Both the position numbers and the translations under genes were made by a program. A model generated the notes under the pieces. It saw only the letters and a list, made by a program, of their open reading frames with translations. It was not told the origin of the DNA and searched no databases. Positions 56,870 through 64,000 of a stretch of 64,000 nucleotides of DNA are shown here, in pieces. The DNA comes from Octopus vulgaris (taxonomy: Eukaryota), in assembly GCA_951406725.2 (NCBI GenBank), contig OX597840.1, positions 40,163,844-40,227,843 on the forward strand, read 5' to 3'. Every line of letters begins with the position of its first letter. Position 1 is the first letter of the stretch.

Positions 56870-56998
56870 ATAATCTCTGACGACGCCTAGAGATATATAC
56901 AAGTACCTCATGTTCATCTACCTATTACTTCAATCCACTTGAGTAATAAAGGTAGAATGAGGTATTTTTATCTATTGGCTGAAACAGCTGTAAGTTAT
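56870..56998 (+). ncRNA. Type-I hammerhead ribozyme motif with ~97-nt helix II
   Basis: AUAAUCU-CUGACGA-C-GCC...AAGUACCUCAU/AUGAGGUAUUU, UCUACCU/AGGUAGA, AUUACUUCAA/UUGAGUAAU...GGC-U-GAAAC-AGCU-GUA-AGUUAU. Confidence 0.75.
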
Positions 56999-57379
56999 TT
57001 TACCAATTTATATTCATGTTTTTATAATAATTACTGGTATCCTTATATATTACTATATTTTATATCTTATATCTTATATGTAAAGAATAGTATGTTATAT
57101 GTATGTATGTTATTGTAATTACCAGTTTAGTAAATAAATAAATAAGTTAACATAATTTAATGTCTAAAAGCTGATGAACCACCTATTGTTCTCCTCCATT
57201 TTCTTATTTGCTATATATATATATATGTGTATATGTGTGTGTGTGTGTGTGTGCGTGTGTGTCTGTGTCTGTGTCTGTCTGCGTACGTGCGTGCGTATTT
57301 GTATAGGCTAGAATACCAGACGTGTCTATAGGCGTAGTCGTGGATGCTTGTTTAGAGAAAAGCACTTGTTAAGCGAGCC

Positions 57380-57517
57380 AGAACGGAAGTGGGCTAGAAC
57401 GTTAAAACTTAGTGCGCATGCACAGCAGGGTTCAAGATCAATCTGTGCCAAGCGGTTTCACTCTGCACGCTTTTGCTTCGTTAGCAAAAGTCCGGATACT
57501 TATTGATCAGATTACAT
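57380..57517 (-). mobile_element. Left end of the same mariner family as 28526
   Basis: Reverse complement TCTGATCAATAAGTATCCGGACT...TAACGAAGC...CCGCTTGGCACAGATT...CACTTCCGTT aligns to 28533-28665. Confidence 0.82.
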
Positions 57518-57527
57518 ATATATCTAT

Positions 57528-57595
<68 letters not shown>

Positions 57596-57599
57596 TTAT

Positions 57600-57981
57600 A
57601 TAGTCAATAATAATAAAGGGTAAAATTAATTAATTAGTAATTAATAATTTTACCAAGCAGTGTTCAGTATGTAAAAGGACCATTTACGGTAAATTTAAAA
57701 CATTACGTTATATAATTAGGGTTCAGTAAAAAAAATTTACTTTACCACACACCGAACTTTTAGAAATAGCAGCCAAAGAATTTAGCTATTTCCTAAACTA
57801 TAAGAAGAGTCTCCCAGACAATGTAGACTCAAAAACAATGCCTACGTGAATTGTTTTTGAGTATACATTATCTGGGAGATTCTTCTTACAGTAGAGGAAG
57901 TAGCTAAATTCTTTGGCTGCTATTTCTAAAAGTTCGGTATGTGGTAAAGCAATTTTTTTTTGCTGAACCCTAATTATATAA
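57600..57981. mobile_element. Fold-back Penelope-like element; near-perfect palindrome 57709-57981
   Basis: About 130-bp arms around a ~10-nt loop at 57840-57850, inserted in (TA)n. Confidence 0.8.
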
Positions 57982-57983
57982 AG

Positions 57984-58026
<43 letters not shown>

Positions 58027-60165
58027 CACACACACTTAACCGGTTTTAAATTGCATTTTCGAAAGTGTGTGTCCTACACCACCGTCTGACAACCGGCGTG
58101 TGTGTATTTACTTCATCGTAACTTAGCTGTTCAGCGGCAGAGACCGATAAAATAAGCGCCAGATAGCAGAAAGGATACATATGAATTCATACAAGGTAGG
58201 AAGAATTTATACACTCCACAGCTGTACACAAACTTTCTGAAAGAAGATCAGGTGGAAAAGTCACAGAAGAGGTGATAAAAGAGAAAAAGAAAGACATCGA
58301 TAACTGAAATTCAGAACTAAATAACGGATTTGTTGTTATATGATAAAAAAAAATGTGTAAACTTGAATAGATAAAGAAATTGAAGTTCATTCTGTACGTT
58401 TTGGAAAAGGAATTTCAACTTGATCGATACAAATTCTAAAATATTCAGATGGACTATCTTTGACAATTCTTATCTTAGTGAAAAAAAGAAATGACACGAA
58501 TATGTGAGTCAGGACAAATCTAGAATATTTGAATACTATTCGAAGCTTTTTAAAGAATTTCTGGAAGTTTTTCAGAGAAATATTATTTTGGAATAAAAAC
58601 TATATTCAAACTGTGTTCAGAATAATATCTTGTAAAAGTATTTGTTTTGATGACGATATTTCGAAATATGCTCATTTTTAAAACGTCATAAGTTTAAGGT
58701 CAAGGTGAACATAAAATGTTTCTTAATGGTGCAAAAATTAAATGATTCCACCGAAATATGGTTTAACAAATTCGACCCTTCTGTACAACTTCTTAACATT
58801 CATTGCAGAAACATCTTTCAGTCTCCAGACAAGCTGATAACCAATTTATGCTGTTTTCCTTCAGATGTCTAAACGAATATGTCAAATCTTTCTCACGTGT
58901 CTCCTACAAGAGACTGTGATGGAACCGAACCATGTTTTGTACATGAAATGGCTTGATGTTCACTTTGGGTTTTCAAAAGGGATTAGATAAAACAGAAATT
59001 TTAAGCCAATAAATTTAATTAAAAAGGAAATATGAGCATTTAAGTGTGGATTGCTTTTGATTTTGGCAATACAACAAAAGTTCTGAACATGCTTTGGTCT
59101 TATTAAACGCCTTCATTGAATCACAACTTGTATTAAGACTATCAGAGAAAGGCAAACCTTTCATTACACACAAGCACGCACAATCATACATCAGTTAATT
59201 ATCTTCATATAACAGCCAGGCACATCATAGAAGATGAAAATCTTCAGCGCACCCAATGTAATGAGCAGCGCGTTTTAGTATAAACGAGTGTGAGATATAA
59301 ATACGGTTTTGTTTGAATAAACATTGAGTGGTATGGCGATAAGTTGAACTAAAGACGGTCGAGTGAGAACATAAACGGACAGACAACTGCTACGATAAAA
59401 ACAAACAGTAAAGACTGAAATAAAACATTTAATTTAAAGAGACAAGAAAAGTTTTCTTAATTAAAATAACATCGATGATCAGAAGAAACAGTAATTAGCT
59501 TAATGAAAAATTATTGTCAAGGAAGAACCTGTGAGATAAGCCTAAAATTTATAAGTAAATAAAAGAAAATAATAACTAAAACTCGTACAAAACAGAAGGG
59601 AGTGTGTCTGATCTTGACAAAGAGTGTTTTGATTCAAAATGGCGATTCTTCAATTAAAATTTATTCAGCCACAACTAGTTTAAGTGGTGTTCTATATTAT
59701 TTATGAACGAGTGTAGCTATGCAACTGTGTGCTGGTAATTCGTGCGTTTTCCTAAGTAGCTGCAATCTAACAAAGGTCAAATATTGGAATTACAATAAAT
59801 TATATCGCATCATGGTTTGCCATTTTTCCTGATAACCTTTGAATCTATGATGGATGTTTATCTGTTCAGATGCAGCGAATATTAACAGGATAAATTTGAC
59901 ATATCTAAAGGACCGTAAACTGAAAGATTAAATGCAAGTCCCATTCCGCAAGCCTCGAGGTAAACGTTCGTGTAATAGGATGATATTGTTATTGTAATTA
60001 TCAATATATTGGTATGAAAGGCTAAAAGCAAAGGCTTTCCTGCCGGATGAAATAAGCTTTGCAACTGGTGTCAAACTCATTGACTATCTTCTTCTATCGA
60101 CGTAATAATTATTTTGTTGTTACCATTTTTTTTGCATCGTTTGCTTATTGTTGTTCTTGGCCTTG

Positions 60166-60221
<56 letters not shown>

Positions 60222-61015
60222 CTTTTAACTGCCATACTTCAATACTGATTTACTATTTCACGCTAGACAAGGCATGCGCTACAATTATACTCTTCATCCT
60301 GTTCTCGCCTTTTCTCTCTCTCTCACTCTCTCTTTCTCTCTCACCTTTTTCTCTATCTCTCGCTTTCTCTCTCTCTCTCTCTTTCCCCCCCTCTCTCTCT
60401 CTCTCTCTCGCTCTCTCTCCTCCATTTTCCTTATCATCAAGCATATGTATATATATATACATGCACGCCCTGCTTATGTACATACGTGTGTACGCGTCTG
60501 TGTGCGTCGGTGTGTCCGTGTGTGTGTGCCATATTTCACTTCGATATTCTAAATGTGTGGGTAAGGTGTAAATGTGTATGTACCTAAATATGCATGTATA
60601 CATGTATGCATGTTCACGTGGATATGGATGCATAGTTGTATGTGTCAGGTATTTACACATACAACCATATTTACACACACATATATCAATATATGTATGT
60701 GTGCGCGCGTGCTTGTGTTTAGAAAGTGAAAGAAAGAGTTAGGAAGAGCAAAATAATCTGGTTTAACCATATTTTAGTGTAGACGTCTCTAGAAATATAT
60801 CTACGAAAGTATCTGTCTGTACTGAGTTAACACTCCTGAAACAAACACAAATATCTTAAACTTTGATGCACATAATATATAGATAAGCTACAGCTGTCTT
60901 GAAAACACCGCATTGAATATCTCACACTACAACACAACTTCACAACTTTCTTCCCATATATCTACAGAGAACTGTTGAAAACAAACAATCTGCTTAGTCA
61001 GAAGATTCTCTCTCA

Positions 61016-61982
61016 GCAAAAATAAAAAATAACACTGACATATCGTTTTAACAGATATATTTACCAAAATTACATGGAAAATATACTCTTTACTCTTTAC
61101 TCTTTTACTCGTTTCAGTCATTTGACTGTGGCCATGCTGGAGCACCGCCTTTAGTCGAGCAAATCGACCCCAGGACTTATTCTTTGCAAGCCTAGTATTT
61201 ATTCTATCGGTCTCTTTTGCCGAACCGCTAAGTTACGGGGACGTAAACACACCAGCATCGGTTGTCAAGCGATGTTGGGGGGACAAACACAGACACACAA
61301 ACATATACACACACATATATATATACATATATACGACGGGCTTCTTTCAGTTTCCGTCTACCAAATCCACTCACAAGGCTTTGGTCGGCCCGAGGCTAAA
61401 GTAGAAGACCCAAGGTGCTACACAGTGGGACAGAACCCGGAACCATGTGGTTGGTAAGCAAGCTACTTACCACACAGCCACTCCTACGACTATCTTGAAA
61501 TACTAAGGAGGAAATTTATTCAATAAAATCGCCATTGGCATCGACCACAGCCTCAAGACGACTTCGGAAGATCCTGCAACTCTTCTAAACGGTCTCCTTT
61601 TTTCGGTTGGGGAATGCTGCCATAATCCTTGCCTTCAGTTTATCTTTGGTGTCACAAGGAGTTTTGTTGGTCTCTCGTTCAACTGCGCCCCACACATAAT
61701 AATCAAGAGGGTTGTAGTGTGGTGAGTTAAGGGGCCAGCTGTTAGGGGTGGTGTGGTCGCAGAAATTGTCTGACAGCTATGACTGGGTTCTCCTGCTTGT
61801 GTGGCATGCTAGAGAATCCTGTTGACAGACATAGGGTGTTCTAGCAGCCACCTTTTTGTCCCAGGGCAGCACTACCTCCTCCAGGCACTTGATGTAGCCC
61901 TCCGTGTTGAGCGCGAGGTCGTGTTCGAAGATGAATGGAGGCATAACGTCATCGTCATTAGTGATCACTTCAAACGCCATGA
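61016..61982 (-). mobile_element. maT (DD37D) Tc1/mariner-superfamily transposon 3' fragment, pseudogenised
   Basis: VMPPFIFEHDLALNTEGYIKCLEEVVLPW...QQD-x37-D (NPLDYYVWGAVE)...FRSRLEAVVDANGDFIE* (stop at 61516); two internal stops. Confidence 0.88.
61085..61490 (-). mobile_element. SINE family A, full length, nested in the maT 3' UTR
   Basis: Complete head, core and tail. Confidence 0.92.
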
Positions 61983-62617
61983 TGTTGAAAGCAAACAATC
62001 TGCTTAGTCAAAAGATTCTCCCTCACAAATGTGTTGATTTTTTTTTCAGAGATTTTGAGCTCCATTCAATAGCGTTGCAGCTTACTACACAGGACTTATG
62101 TCAAACATTTTCAGACGAAGGTGTGCCAAGAACGTGCAATCCTTCTAGTCTAAGGACATGGAGAACTCATCCTCCCCGTCCCTTGTTATCAGGATGCTCC
62201 AGGACCTGTAAATCACTGTCTCGAATAAATTGTGGCTTCTAGGCAAACAGTCCACCCGGACCACACAGCTGCTGTCTTTGCCTCAGTGAGATATTGTGCA
62301 TATTTCAAATGTTAAATATATACATTAACAAGAAACATGAGCTGTTGTCCTGTTACTATAAAAGAAACTCCCTACTGCCCAACATTGAAACAGATGCTTA
62401 TAATATTTCATAAGCATCTATTGGGTATGTTCCTACAGTTCACTGCTTTCCTTTACTCAGGATCAGAACTGTCTACCTACTACCAACAACTGAATTAATT
62501 AGTAAATAGTTTCCGTAGACGCTTACCGAAAACTACGTAAATCTACTCTAATCCTTTATAATATTTCAAAGACTAGAATCTAAACATTACAAGTGAATCT
62601 ACTGATTCACACAATCC

Positions 62618-62907
<290 letters not shown>

Positions 62908-63052
62908 CAATATACTCATATATATATGTGCATATGTGGACGGCACACATTTTTTATAATCATTTTGAGATTATTTTTCATCACAATAAAAATCTTTTCT
63001 GCCATATTCCCTCCCATCTTTTACTTACGAGACTCATTATTTTCTCCTTCCC

Positions 63053-63101
<49 letters not shown>

Positions 63102-63481
63102 TCCTTCACTTCTTCTATGCCCCCATCTCTTTCACTAACTCTTTGGATTACAAACCTATCCCACCTGTCCCCTCTTGCAAAAATTTATTTACCTGCAAAC
63201 CTCTTCTCCAGATCAGTCACAATTAACGTTAGAAAATAGCAGCCAATCTCTCTGTCATTTCTAATGATTAGAACTAGCTCGTTACCAAAGGACAAACACG
63301 CACACGTACACACACACACATACACACACACGCACACACAAATATTCGCATGCAAACATACACACATACACATATACGCATACATCTATATACATCTATA
63401 TAAATATGTGCGTGTGAATGTATCTTTTGTTCTTTTACATATTTCCGTCATTTTGAGTATGCATTTAATATATACATACAT

Positions 63482-63540
<59 letters not shown>

Positions 63541-63626
63541 TATATATAGACTAACTACGCTAAGCTAGCTATGAAGAATTTAACATGTGCATATGTCTTA
63601 TAATATGTGTCTGTGTGTATGTATCA

Positions 63627-63672
<46 letters not shown>

Positions 63673-64000
63673 TACATGCATATAAATATACATATAATAT
63701 ATATATATAAATATATTAAAAAATATACAAATGCAATATATATATATATTATATGTACATTATATATATATATATCCTTTTATCCATGCATTCGTATATA
63801 CATACATACATACATACATATATGCGTGCATACACACACTTGCTCAATCAGAATTTTATACACATTTTCTTGTTTTCTGTTATTGTTCTCGTATTATATA
63901 AATTTATGAACCTACGTCCTATACATACATACGCACACACAAGCACACACACACATATATATATACGCGTAAATAAATGAATGTGTGCATTTTGTGTGTG

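Noticed and set aside
62050-62290. Possible exon or pseudogene after a T-rich AG acceptor
   Set aside because: No recognisable protein in any frame; multiple stops on the minus strand.

Overview
Extremely microsatellite-rich, AT-rich eukaryotic DNA (intergenic or deep intronic). The repeat repertoire resembles an octopus/coleoid cephalopod genome; that taxon call is inferred from recalled SINE families, not proven. No host protein-coding exon can be supported, and nearly all listed ORFs are translations of simple repeats. The window holds three tRNA-derived SINE families (over 20 copies), decayed LINE fragments (CR1-like x2, RTE, R4/Dong, L1/Tx1), a Penelope-like (Neptune-type) ORF remnant, mariner and maT (DD37D) remnants, a Tc1-type MITE, a Helitron-like end and a full-length divergent U6 snRNA copy abutting a SINE. 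The most striking unannotated signal is about a dozen type-I hammerhead-ribozyme-like motifs with palindromic helix III, carried on short non-coding, often fold-back modules lodged in (TA)n tracts. Four have a compensatory U3:A8 core and five have a greatly extended helix II; they look like a Penelope-like pLTR/ribozyme system. Other oddities are a telomeric-repeat insertion inside a Dong zinc knuckle, SINE concatemers with a fixed 184-bp unit, one SINE head with three different tails, a LINE-SINE shared 3' hairpin, and a 1.5-kb palindrome with one-sided microsatellite expansion. All structures were read by eye, without folding or database searches.
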